The notes under the pieces were generated by a model. The model made no database searches. It worked only from the letters and a program-made list of their open reading frames with translations, and had not been told where the DNA came from. 64,000 bases of DNA. Source: Oculina patagonica. Its lineage: Eukaryota. The stretch's first letter is position 1; each line of letters opens with the position of its first letter. The stretch covers positions 29,760,001 to 29,824,000 of the forward strand of contig NC_135769.1 in the NCBI RefSeq assembly GCF_052425735.1, read 5' to 3'. Of the stretch, positions 1 through 11,719 are shown one piece after another. Position numbers and translations under genes: made by a program.

Positions 1-93
1 ACGATGACATCTTTTGTTTACGAGATCGGTGTCTGCTGAGTTCGGCTGCAATTTTAAATTAATTTTTAAAACACGTTTTATTTTCTTTTGTAG

Positions 94-1101
94 CTGTAAG
101 AGGTTTGTATTCCCATCAGCCTGCCGATTCCTGTAAGGACATACGGGACTCTGGATCCTCCAAAGGAGACGGGGAGTACTGGATCGACCCTGAGAAGAGT
201 GGAGACCCTTTAAAGGTCTTCTGTGACATGACAACTGACGGAGGTAAGTTATATTAGAAATGTGTTTTGAAGGAAACTTGTTTAACTTCAGCCTAAAAGG
301 AATATACACAAATACTTGGTTATTGAACCATTAGCCTTCGCAGAAATTAACTCCGTCAGGCAATTTTGTGGATTTTCAACGAGCATCCTTTGTCATAAAA
401 TGACAAGTGAATTATGTTCTGCTCTATTTTGAATTTTCAGTTACAGAACCGCCTTTTTGCATATTGAATATATGTTCTTTCTCTTCACGATAAAAGCGTT
501 AATGTTACTTGGCTAGCTGGCGTTGTTTGATTACATGATTACTGAACCTTGTCTTATTTCAGGAGGCTGGCTTCTTATCTCCAACCTTGTAATTGACAGC
601 CCATCCTCTCTGCCGCAGATGTCAATTGAGACATCGTATCGTGGAATCAGCAACTATCACAACAACAAGACGTTTCTAACGAAGAGTGCCATGAATGAGC
701 TGAGAACACACTTGCCTTTCACTCAACTGAGGTTCCACTGCAGTAAACAACAGGGACGTACGTTCCACGTGACCACGGTCGCTAACAGCACTGGTGAAGC
801 TGTAGTCCAGTATTTCAGCGGTCAGACGGATGTCCAGCCTGACGCCTGTGGCTCTTTTGTCAGAATGGAGAATGACAACTCGGGATCAGCAGGAGTTTGC
901 GATGAGTGGGGCAGAGAGAATGGTGTGTATAGGGTGGGGAAATGGGGCCGTGGAGAAGATGAAAGCAGATTGTACAAATACCCTGTTTTTAAAATTTCTT
1001 CATACCACTGGGTACTTGCCCCAAGTTTTCTGTGTGATGACGCAAGTAGCGGTGCCTTTGGAATAACCTCTGGAGACTTTTGGAAAGTCTTTGCTCGTTG
1101 A
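94..1101 (+). CDS. Last two exons (94-243, 563-1101) of a gene starting upstream of the window; fibrinogen-C/collagen-NC1-type N-terminal motif followed by a Cys/Trp-rich domain
   Basis: Exon 94-243 (tag|...|gtaag) reads VRGLYSHQPADSCKDIRDSGSSKGDGEYWIDPEKSGDPLKVFCDMTTDG and splices in phase 1 to cag|GA GGC TGG. This gives the typical SCxDI...GxYWIDP...VFCDMTTDGGGW motif. The ORF ends ...GDFWKVFAR* at 1101. Confidence 0.8.
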
Positions 1102-1463
1102 TAAGTTGACGCAATATTCAAGACTTATTTCCGCACAAAACTAACTCGTCGTTTCTTTTAAGTGTACATAGTTGTAGATAGCAGTATGGTGATATATGAG
1201 CCACCTCGTGGGATTATCATTAAACCATGGTTCATGGTTCAATCTTCGTCGCTTTTGGCCATCCGTACCTTCTTTTGTATTTAGTGTGTTATTGAAATGT
1301 TCCTTTACTGTTTTAAGAGGATATTTGTATATTTCAACGAATTTGATGATTTTTCCCATGCCTAAACTTAGCTAAAATCCGTGACACAGTCCCTTTTATG
1401 ATATGCGATTGTTTTTCTTTTCTGCGAAAGACGCAATACTTTGATTTTAGCTTTCACTCCCAG

Positions 1464-1690
1464 GGGCCCGTTTCTCGAAAGCACCAGAAACCTTTCGAGC
1501 CTTCAAAGCCATTTTTAGTTACCTGTATCTTAAAAACAGAGAAGCGCTTAGGCATGAAAGTTCCTATGAAGGGAACCTCTGTTCATTTAAAAATATGTGA
1601 ATAAAACAACTCTGTGTAATCATATGGTTTGAGATTTTGCTATGGCTTTCCGGGTGCGAAAACGTTTCAGGAATTTTGAGAAACGGACCC
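1464..1690. mobile_element. Small MITE, PIF/Harbinger-like
   Basis: TIRs gggcccgtttctc / gagaaacggaccc; flanks cag / caa. Confidence 0.65.
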
Positions 1691-2104
1691 CAAGTCCTGA
1701 GCTGCATTGGCCCACAATATGGTACACTTTTTAGCAACCTGGGAAAGTAGCGACCACCGAACTACCCTCTCCCCAACCATTATAACCTTTTCTAATATAA
1801 CCTAAACTAATAGCTGACTAATTCAAAATCTTCAATTAACAATAAATAAAATTGTTCAGGTCATTGATAAAATTTGTAATAGTAATGAGGGTAGTTGCCG
1901 TAATTGATTACCGCGGTACAAACGTCGCAAATTTCCGATTTCAGTGTACAGCACAGTGCTTTGTTAAAGTTTTTACAGAGACTGCCACTTAAATGAACAC
2001 AGCCAACTCTAAGGGGAAGTCTAAGAACGAGTGTGGGTCCTATTTTTGCCTCAGCTGCTTCAGGGCCATCATACTCGTTCCAAGACTTCCAGGAATAGCT
2101 TTTA

Positions 2105-2840
2105 GGGCCTGTTTACATGGAAGGAGGGTGCCCCGGCTAACCGAGTTACCCGGCTAGAAGGGATAAAACCTAGCCCGCCTTTACACGCAGAATTCACAAC
2201 CCTTCTACCCGAGATGAGACAGCGTCATTGAAACGTATCACGGCGTGGGAAAACAATGTAGCTCCAAATGATTGAAGAAAAATCTGACTTTTTACTGAAT
2301 AATCGAGGCTTTTCGTCTTCAAACCTATTTTAATTTGATGTGCAAGTTCTCAGAAATTTACTGCGTTCATTTTTGGCGAAATTCAATCGAAATTCAACAG
2401 TATTTGGCCGCCAAATTGAAATTAAATTTGTTGTGTCGTGAATTAGGATAATCATTCCCACGAAAATTTCGAATTTGCTCAAAGAAATATTTCCAGCCGA
2501 CCGATAAAACTAATTTCGATCAAATAGCACTGTTTGGGTCCAGAATTTATACATTTTATGCCATTAACTTCAAATTTAGTTTAAAACACGCGCGAAAACT
2601 TATCCCGGCAAGCCGGGATAGCTCGGTCATAACCGTTTACATGGCAAAAAGCTGTCCCGCCTAGAAGGGTGCCCCGGGCAAGTAGACCGAGTGCCCCGGC
2701 AAGGCGGGTTACCCTTCTAGCATGTAAAGGCTTCAATACGTTTTCTTAAGAAACGTATGAAAAGTTGGCTCGCCCAGGGAAGCTCGGTTAGCCGGGTAAC
2801 TCGGTTAGCCGGGGCACCCGCCTTCCATTTAAACAGGCCC
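2105..2840. mobile_element. PIF/Harbinger-type MITE
   Basis: TIRs of about 50 bp (gggcctgtttacatggaagg...cggcta / ...ccttccatttaaacaggccc) with a 3-bp TTA target-site duplication (TSD) at 2102-2104 and 2841-2843. Confidence 0.85.
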
Positions 2841-3310
2841 TTACTCTACAATAAGGGAAAGCCTTGCTGAAATAAAAGTTGTTGTTGTTGTTGTTGTTAT
2901 TGTTTACTTTGCCATAGCTTGTCTCTTGCATGGTTATGGAAAGGGTTAGGTAGAGTATTAAACATCAGTAGAAGTGAGAAAAAAATCTCTGGGACGATGA
3001 CAGAAAGCTTAATTTTTTGAACTCAACCATATCACTTTACGTCATGAAAAGAATCGTCTTCTGAGAATTTATATTCCTAAGGAACTTTTAATCGAGGAAG
3101 GGATGATATATTGTTTGTCCAGTGTAAGGAACACCGGATATTTGGGTGTACGAGGCCCAGGGCAATAAGCCCACGCGGGATGTCCGCAGAACACGAGAAA
3201 AGCTTGTAAATCGCAAGCCGCTAGACGGGTGTCCTTCCAACATCCTACGTGGGTTTATTGCGCCAGTCACGGTAAACCCCAAGAAAGACCGGTCTATTGC
3301 AAAAATAAAG

Positions 3311-3720
3311 CGGAACAACACACCCGCTTCAAACGAGCAGCATCCTGCGACCCAGCAGTGGTTTCATATTTTGTGCATCGAAGATCTCATGAAATATTCT
3401 TGTAAAGTTCCCTGTTAACTCCCACGCTTGATGAAATCAGCAGCTCTGTATATGGTCTGCAACTGCAGCAACCCTCGTCCATAATATTAACAACTGCAAT
3501 AATCCATACTGAAAGTGGCGGGCGATATCAAGCGAAGACCAGTAATCGTGAATTGCCGCAAGATGCAATCAAGCCTCAAAATACAAGCCACCGGATCAAA
3601 GTCCTAGGATGCTAGTGCTATCGTGAAATGTACCCATCGTTGTCATATGTTTGACACGAACCAGGGCACGGAGGTTCAAAGACCGACGAGGGCGCCATTA
3701 CTACACAGCGAACGTAACTG
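3311..3720 (+). pseudogene. GPCR relic: C-terminal tail and 3' flank only
   Basis: Clear nucleotide match to the tails of the intact GPCRs (gcagcatcctgcgaccca, ctgcaactgcagcaaccctcgtcc, gaattgccgcaagatgcaatcaagcctca) with deletions. The 7TM part is missing and replaced by other sequence. Confidence 0.8.
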
Positions 3721-4971
3721 CTCCACAAACTTAACGAGAGATTCTGTATTTACCTAAGCAAGGTTTCAAAAAGTGGCGCCAATCACAAACTGTGAAAAAA
3801 ATTAAACTCCAACTTCTTCAAATTAAGCATTTTATAACATAACTAGAGATACTCAATACCCAGTGCCAGTACCCAGTGGCTTGTTTTTCGGTGGCATGAA
3901 ACAACAGGCTGAAAATCCGTCTCCGTTCGCATGCTATGGTGTGAAACGTGTTTAATTTACATTTTGGGTTTTCAGAGTTTCCCATACAAAAATTCACCAC
4001 AATAGCGTAGATTTCGCTTGATTTAGTGATGAGACAAACGTTTAGAGAAATTAAGATCAGTCAAATTTTTCTGTCTATATTGTCCCGTGTCGCTTGTCTG
4101 AATTTAAAAATGCCCCATGTCGGTGTTTTGTCGTACTTTAATTTGCTTGACCGAGGCAGGACCTCTTGATAAGCGAGAGTTCGCATATTTTTAAAGGAGT
4201 TTGTTCACTAAGACACAATTCAATTTTCGGATAAATATCTTCGTACAGAATAACGACTGTTCATAGGTTCGTTGTGTCGTTCTTTGTTAGAAAACAGCGT
4301 TTTCATCGACCCAATTGCAGAGTAACCTGCGAATACAGCCGCCTCTCCGCGCTCCGACCCGCGAAGCGCGGTGAGGCGGCTGTATACAGTACATGTATTT
4401 GCCGGTTAATTGCAGAGCAAATTATCATTCAGATTACTTTAGCATTTCTTTTCTTTCGCCAATTAATTAATGTTAAATTTATCCCAGGACTTAATTTACC
4501 CTAATTACTTCTGTTTTGACGAATTGGGCCCAGGAAATTTTAATTTCGTTCAGAAAGAAACGAAAACATTTTTTTTATGCTTAGGCGAAATGAATTTGCT
4601 AGTACAGAAGTTCTCTGATACCCTCATTCACTACAGTGAAAGGTTCTTTTCTACATCCCAGCTGTCCGTGATCTCTTTCCATCGAACACTGTTCTTTCAG
4701 AAAATTTACATTTGCGTCTCAAAACGTTTGAGTTATTTTCTGGGGTTTAATGACAAAACGTTTTTCCCTGCGATGTTTCTCCGTTTCATTGGACTATCGA
4801 CCATTGCGCAAAATTTGCAAATTAAAGATTCAACGCCGTTGCTTATGATAAAAAGGCAACTAATTGGCAGTTGTTAAAAAAATATGTAAAATGTCATTAA
4901 ATCGAACATTATTGCCAATTGAAAGTTTTAAACCAACACTTTTATAAAGAAAGTAGTTTATCGTTGATATA

Positions 4972-5579
4972 CACTCTCTTCTTTTTTTCTAGATATACTT
5001 TATAAGAATATCGAGGCTGAAATTTGCGAAATTTTAAAAATATTTTAAGAATAAACCCGAGGCTGCAGATTTGGAAAATAATATAATTTTGTGTTTTGAA
5101 AATTTGTAAATAAAATACAATTGTATGTTTTCAACTAAGGGACGGACCATTATTTTCTTGGAGGGGGGGGGGGGGGGGGATGAAACATTTTCCTCTGCAA
5201 ACTTTGTTTTTTAGTTTATGCGCCTCTGCAAACATTTTTTTCGAAATTCTAACTATTTTTTGTTATACATATCGTGCTTGCAAACAATTTATTTTGTCTT
5301 TCTAGGCCCTGCAAACAATTTTTTTCAATATTTTTCATCCCCCCCCCCCCTCCAAAAAAATAATGGTCCGTCCCTAAAAGGTATAAAATTCCTCCCTTTT
5401 CTGAATGGCAAAACTTGCCAAAAAAAAAAAAAAAAAACAAGACAGAAAACATTTCTGAATTGATACCCCAATACATTCTAAAATAGAAGGGTCATACGCT
5501 ATAATCTAAGAATATTCACATGAATATTTTCAACTTAAAATCGACAAAAGAATATATTTTTATAGAAAAAAGAAGAGTG
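4972..5579. mobile_element. TA-flanked MITE (Tc1/mariner-like) containing a nested Harbinger-like MITE at 5139-5374
   Basis: Outer ends ta|cactctcttcttttttt...aaaaaagaagagtg|ta. Inner element taa|gggacggaccattatttt...aaaataatggtccgtccc|taa. A related inverted copy of the outer element lies at about 7833-8088. Confidence 0.7.
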
Positions 5580-5681
5580 TATTATATCTAATGACGTTGG
5601 TTAAAAATCACCATAAAATGCAAATCTCATTTGATATATTTAAACTTAAATTTCTACAAATGCACTTGACTGTGTAAAAAA

Positions 5682-6272
5682 GGGTCAGTTACATGGCCAG
5701 TTTCAGCCTGGGCTGAAATTTCTGCCCGGTTAAAATGGCTGAGAAAAATCTACTCAAAAAGACTTTTACGATTCGATACATGAAGAGAGTTTCAGCCGGT
5801 ACTGAAATTTCCCATCCGGTTTCACAAACTGGACCGGAAATTTCAGCCCTGGCAAACGGCTGAAAAACCTCCAATGTAATTTTATTCAAACTTCAGTCCG
5901 GGCTGGAAAGTGAGCTTATAGGGATGCGCTGCAATGGTGGACCATGGTGTTTTCAACAAAACAAAACTTTCACTTATGTCCAGGATTGAACGCAGGTATT
6001 GTTCAATGAGTACTTCATGTTTGACTGTGTTATTTGGCATTTCCATATTACTTCATATTTGACAAAATTTGGTGTGTTTTGGTGAATTTTTATTAATAAG
6101 GACACTTTGTAATGCCTGTCATGAGGAACGTGGATCTCATCAGCGTTCAATCCTGGACATATCTGTCAGTTTTAACCTTGGCTGAAATTCGCCAGGTATT
6201 CACAACAAAATTCCAACTCGCCCCTCGGACTGAAATTTCAGCCCGGGCTAAAATTCGCCATGTAATAAAACT
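5682..6272. mobile_element. Diverged Harbinger-like MITE of the same family as 17070-17425 and 49644-53741
   Basis: ttacatggc...ttcagcc(t/c)gggctgaaatt repeats and a gccatgtaat end. Confidence 0.65.
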
Positions 6273-6667
6273 GCTCCCGTAAATACTCGTATCTAATTGG
6301 TTGCCGGCAGAAGCTAAACAATTAAAAATAAATTGTATCGCTCAGAGTTTTGCGCCAAAAAAAACGCGGCTGCACCAATGCACCACTGTTACAACCCGTT
6401 TCCAGTTTGCTTCAGTCGCGGCTTATCTGAGAAATCGTCAAACATCAATCTAAAAATGATAAACGTTAACGGCCCTAATAGACAAATGTAATCTGGAACC
6501 GATTTTACGTTGTCTTTCAAATAAAATGCTCACTTTCATCGACTTTGAAAGCCAAATGAGCGAAACACGGTTCCCCGAAAAACATTGTAACTGGTGTAAA
6601 CACGACTGAAAATTTGCTGGATTCAGAAGCACGTATTTACGGTAACATTTTCGAAGCATTTATATTA

Positions 6668-7371
6668 GGTAATGAACGTTTATTCGTTTGTCTCACGATA
6701 GAATCGCTTTGAGATGTTGATCGCGACGTTTCGACTGCAATACTGCTAGTCTTCATCATATATACTTTGCCGCATTCACATGGAATTTTGTATACAACAC
6801 CTTCTTGTTTGCCTGGTTCTAGGGTTCTATATATAGGGGAAACAGGGAGAGCGATGCAAGACAGGATAAAAGAACACGACAGAGACATAAGGCTTGCTCA
6901 TACACAAAACTCCGCAGTTTCGGAGCACGCAAACGAAACGGGGCATATTCCTTTATGGAATCAAGTCAAGTTCATCGATCGTGACCCTCACCGATACGCA
7001 CGCAGGGTCAAAGAGGCTATCCAAATAAGACTTCATTCTAATAACATCAATAGAGATAGCGGAATTGAAATTCCTGAAGCATGGATACCTACGATCAGAA
7101 AGCACAACAGCCGTTCAACTACAAAGCGGACCTATGAGGGAACACCATCTGTTAGTCGGAATAATAATGAGGATCGAAATGCACCAATCACAGCGAACCA
7201 ACGTGCATAAATAACGACGCGTAAACAATCGATCTCATCGCCTGATGAAGACTAGCAGTATTGCAGTCGAAACGTCGCGATCAACATCTCAAACCGATTC
7301 TATCGTGAGACAAACGAATAAACGTTCATTACCTATCTTACACCACGATGAACAATATTCACATCTTTAAT
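6668..7371 (+). mobile_element. 5'-truncated Penelope-like retroelement: GIY-YIG endonuclease fragment with a 5' inversion and an inverted pseudo-LTR
   Basis: + strand YIGETGRAMQDRIKEH...SAVSEHA...RVKEAIQI...NINRDSG. The preceding GVVYKIPCECGKVY is inverted on the - strand (about 6760-6830). A roughly 93-bp inverted repeat spans 6666-6758 and 7243-7335. TSD agcatttatatta at 6655-6667 and 7372-7384. Confidence 0.9.
7237..7281 (+). ncRNA. Minimal type I hammerhead ribozyme in the Penelope pseudo-LTR
   Basis: atcgc-CTGATGA-a-gac(tagcagtattgca)gtc-GAAA-cg-TC-gcgat: stem I atcgc/gcgat, intact core, stem II gac/gtc, palindromic ACGT in place of stem III. Confidence 0.8.
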
Positions 7372-8351
7372 AGCATTTATATTATTAAAAGGAAATTGGT
7401 CTTTTTTCTCGAAACAATTGGGGATTATTTGTACTTGTGAACAGTTCGGGCTTTCTTGTAATTTCCACTCGTGGAAATTACAAAAAAGGTCTGATCTGTT
7501 CACTCGTACAGTTAATCCCTAATTGTTTCTCGAACAGACTGTTTTGCTATACTAATTGGCCACGTACGTGCTCAATTACTTTCTTCTTCCACTTCGTTTG
7601 GCCGGATCAGCAATTAGTTTCAAACAAAAGACGCGCTCACAACAGCCGGCCATTTGGAAATGGCGGTATAAACATTGCCTGTGGTTTGACAGTGCTCTTG
7701 CAAGCGAATGGTTCTTTCTCTTGTATTGAAATATAATTGCCACTTGCATTACTGATAGCTTTACTGATCAGCCATAAATTAAGTTTATTGGTTTCGATCG
7801 GTCTCGTTACGCACGGCTACATTTAACCAATACACTCATTTTTTTTCTATAAGAATGTTGTGTTTTTCCGACCCAGGCTGAGTATAATTCAAATTTTTCT
7901 ACCTATGATAGGCTGAAAATACCCTTGTGAATATTCTTAGATTTTATTGTATTTACAAATTTTCAACACACAGAGTTATATTCTTTTCAAAAACTCAGCC
8001 TCGGGTTTATTCTTAAAATATTCTTAAAAATTTGCAAATTTCAGCCTCGATATTCTTATAAAATATATTCTTATAAAGAAAAAAATTGTATTTAGTCTTT
8101 TCTCTTAAAACCCGTTTTCCTGTTGTCAAGTTATCTTTGTGTCCGTCGTTCACTGAAAAGCTAGCGTCACAATTCTGAAAAGCTTTCAGTAGGAAATGAA
8201 CTTTGCCTGCAATGACAAAGCGATTTGTGCCATAAAGGAATATCACACTAAAGCAGTCTTGCCAGTTTTATAGCCAGCTGCCCGTACCAAAGACTGAAAA
8301 TTCTTTGCTCTTCAAACGTCGCCCGCTCTGAGTTCAGAATTCCAAATCAAC

Positions 8352-9800
8352 ATGGACATAAATGACACAGAAACGAGCGCCACTCCTTCCAGCAATGTCA
8401 GATCAGCGATTCGTTGTCCACATTCACAAAACTTCACATGGGATTTCAACGAAACCACAATACATTGGATTTTATTGCCAATCACATTCATTGCCTCTCT
8501 CGCTACTATTTTTTTGAACACGCTGGTAATCCTAGCCGTGAAGAAAAAGAGAGAGCTGAAGAAGACATCGATTATACTGTTATCAAGCATGGCAATTGCA
8601 GATCTTCTAGTGGGCGCAATATCAATGCCGCTAGCTGCCGTGGCTGATATATTAATTATCCGCCAGGTGTATTCAGGTTTCTGTACATTACGCTTAGCAT
8701 CTGAAGTTTCCATGTTTACTTTTATCTGGACTTCCTTATATCATTTGACATTAATTGCTTGGGAGAGGTACGTGGCAATACGAAAGACGATTGACTACCA
8801 GGTTATCGTTACAAGAGGCCGCATCAAAAAACTCGCAATAGTCGCTTGGCTGTTAGCGCCTTTTGCTTCGTTTCCGACTCTTGTCATGATAGTGGTTGGC
8901 GTGGACCAAAAATTCAAAGAAGCCTGGCTTGTAGGTAAGAGTATTATGGCAGTAGTTTGTTTAACAATCATAGCATACTTCTACATTATGGTTTACTTTG
9001 GAGTACGCAAACGTAAAATAAACGAAATCAGCGAAGTCACTGCTAGAGTTAAAGCGAAACTCGAATCCAAAGTTGCCAAGACGACTGGTTTGATAACTGC
9101 TACCATGATTCTCTCCTTCGCTCCAGTTATTATTATTGTCGGTTTCATGGGAGAGGTTTTCCCAGTTCTTCGTAGAAGTAGCGCTTTCCGGTTGACGGGC
9201 ATACTGCTTCAGTTCAACTCTCTAGCGAATCCACTGATATACCTCTACAGAGACCGCCGCTTTAGAAAGGCTGCGCTAGAACTGTTAGGAGTCAGAAGAC
9301 CTGAAGCCATCCAGCCAGCAGTGGGTGCCACCGCGCGATTTGTCAGTCGAAAGGATCCGCTAGGTTCACTGGAAGTTGTCCAAGAACGGCAAAAAGATGA
9401 ACAACACATCCGTGTCAAAAGAGCTGCATCCTGCGACCCAGTTGTGGTTTCAGATCGTGGCATTGATAGAAGGTCTCGTGAAATATTCTTAGAAAGATCG
9501 ATGTCAGCTCCTACGCTTGATAAACTGATCAGCGGCTTCGTAGATGGACTGCAACTGCAGCAACCCTCGTCCATGGTAGTAACAACTGCAATAATCCATA
9601 CTGAAAGTGGCGGGCGATATCAAGCGAAGACCAGTAATCGTGAATTGCCGCAAGATGCAATCAAGCCTCAAGATATAATCCACCTCGTCCGTAACATACC
9701 AAAATCAAAGTCGTGGAATGCTAGTAACTCCGTGAAATGTGCCAATCGTTGTCAAATGTTACAACGGACGCTGGCTCAAAGACCGACAACGGCGCCATAA
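8352..9800 (+). CDS. Single-exon class A (rhodopsin-like) orphan GPCR, 482 aa
   Basis: Seven hydrophobic segments, LNTLVI (TM1), MAIADLLVG (TM2), AWERY, NSLANPLIY, helix 8 RFRKA, N-glycosylation sites, long Ser/Thr-rich tail. Confidence 0.93.
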   Translation: MDINDTETSATPSSNVRSAIRCPHSQNFTWDFNETTIHWILLPITFIASLATIFLNTLVILAVKKKRELKKTSIILLSSMAIADLLVGAISMPLAAVADILIIRQVYSGFCTLRLASEVSMFTFIWTSLYHLTLIAWERYVAIRKTIDYQVIVTRGRIKKLAIVAWLLAPFASFPTLVMIVVGVDQKFKEAWLVGKSIMAVVCLTIIAYFYIMVYFGVRKRKINEISEVTARVKAKLESKVAKTTGLITATMILSFAPVIIIVGFMGEVFPVLRRSSAFRLTGILLQFNSLANPLIYLYRDRRFRKAALELLGVRRPEAIQPAVGATARFVSRKDPLGSLEVVQERQKDEQHIRVKRAASCDPVVVSDRGIDRRSREIFLERSMSAPTLDKLISGFVDGLQLQQPSSMVVTTAIIHTESGGRYQAKTSNRELPQDAIKPQDIIHLVRNIPKSKSWNASNSVKCANRCQMLQRTLAQRPTTAP

Positions 9801-9842
9801 CTACACAGCAGCTTAAACTGTTCTGCAAAATTAACGACAGAT

Positions 9843-9978
9843 AGTATTTTTAATGAACTTTAGATTTTAAGAATTTAGTATTTTATCCTATTGTAATTTT
9901 AAATATTTTTACTTGTAAGGGCATTGAGATTTTTAATGTAATGCACTAGAAACAAATTATTATTATTATTATTATTAT
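9843..9978 (+). mobile_element. 3' end of a LINE (CR1/L2-like) with a (TTA)n tail
   Basis: Present after the first intact GPCR but absent at the equivalent site after the second (cacagattctcgatcg at 13201); ends in an attattatt run. Confidence 0.55.
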
Positions 9979-11719
9979 TCTCGATCGTTTACAACAAGGT
10001 TTTGAAATGTGGCGAAAATCACAGATCTGACACAGAACCGTGATCAAATTTAAATTACAACTACTTCAAATAATTTATGCTTGTAAGCTAGGATTTCAAA
10101 CTTGAAATGGACCATAACTCGATATATTCTCGTTCTAATAGAGCTCAAAACAAGACCTTTATTCATTACCTAGTGACTTAATTTTTTGGCGGTGTGCGCA
10201 ACAGGCGGAAATCGGCGGTCTGCGTTTGAAGCAAAAATGACTTGTGCATGCATGTGTTCAATTTACTATTTGGGTTTTTAGAGTTCTCCGTAACAAAAAT
10301 CCACCTTCAATTGACTTGATAGTGGGACAAGCGTTCAGAAAAGATTCGGTACGGTCAAATTTGCCCTTGATTGTTTCCATTGGAAAAAAGTTATGTGTAA
10401 GAAACAGAAATAGCCGAGTAGCAGTCTGGGCAGTTTAGTTTGTAGGACAGGTGATTTAGCGCGATGTACATATCCGTGAAGGCATTAGGAACTGTTGTAC
10501 AAATTGTAATAATTATTGTGATAATGTAACATAGGGTAACTGTGTAAACAAGCCTATTTAAAAAATTGAAAAGTTTTAACTTTGCCATTTAAAAATGGCA
10601 ATAAATTTGATTGCAAGAGGTTTCCTAAGCATCGCTCAGAAAAGCTACGCAGTTTTCGCTTCAATGTCGAAAGTAGTTCGCGTTTGCTTTGGTTTTGCAT
10701 TTCTACGCTTGGTGTTTTGTTAAGTAAAACTCCTGCCACTTTCTCGACCAATCACAAGTCAAATCAAAACCAATCAATCGTGACTCCGTCACATCTAGTA
10801 AAGTTAGGGGGAAGTTAAATGATATCCGTGGAGGTTTTTTCCAACACAGTCTAGCTTTACAATGAAGCGGTTATGTAAAATGCAAATATCCATGACCTCA
10901 CTTTAAATAGATGTACTTAAACAAGAAGCACTTAGAAGAGATTTCCTAGCGTCAAAAGCGTTTCAATACATGAAATCGGGCCAGCAGTTAGTATCATCTT
11001 TCACTATATCTGCACTTTTAAGGTGCAATTACATGACACAAGTGAATATTTGTCTTTCTCACTAGTATGTATGATTTTCTGGGCCAACTTATCATTTGTG
11101 ACTGTGTGCATTTTTTTCTACTCAAAACATCCTCTTTCGGATTCCTTACTTTCTACGTGAAGCAATATTTAGTTTTATTACTAAGCCGGTGTGATGGAAA
11201 ATATGTTCACTGAAAACTCGCACACTAAAAGCGACAATTAACTTGGCTAATTGGTTTCGCCCACCTTCACAAATGCACGTTTTGTGATGCAAAATCTCTT
11301 TGTGAATCGTACAATCAACCTATTAGTTGTGTATCTTTCTTTTAAAATTCGATTTCCTGTATTTCTGACTCCCTCCCTTGGTTTCGCCAAGTTTCATGAT
11401 TGCGTGTGACTGTGATTCCAAATTTCTTTCTGATGCGTACAATCAACCCATTAGTTGAATACCATTCTCTTGAAATTCTTTTTTTTCTGTTTTTGTGACT
11501 CACTTTTGAGGATGCACTAGCCGTCATCCTGAAACGCTTTTACCAGGAAATGAAAACTTAGATTCCCCTCTTGAAATAAAACTAAAGCTATGAACGTCAG
11601 AAATATAAAAAGCTAGTACATCACACGAAAATAGTCTTAAAGCGCATTGCCCGACCAAAGACTCAAGTTTTTTTTCTGATCAAACAACGCCCCCTCTGCG
11701 TTCAGCATTCCAAATCACC

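Noticed and set aside
523-562. N-terminus of the 192-aa ORF as a real start
   Set aside because: This is intron sequence; the exon begins at 563 after a canonical acceptor.
4470-4877. 135-aa AT-rich ORF
   Set aside because: No recognisable domain; it overlaps an old repeat whose second copy does not keep the frame.
8312-9574. Antisense and alternate-frame ORFs overlapping the GPCRs and recurring in the paralogs
   Set aside because: Shadow ORFs; their recurrence follows from the duplication of the GPCR genes.
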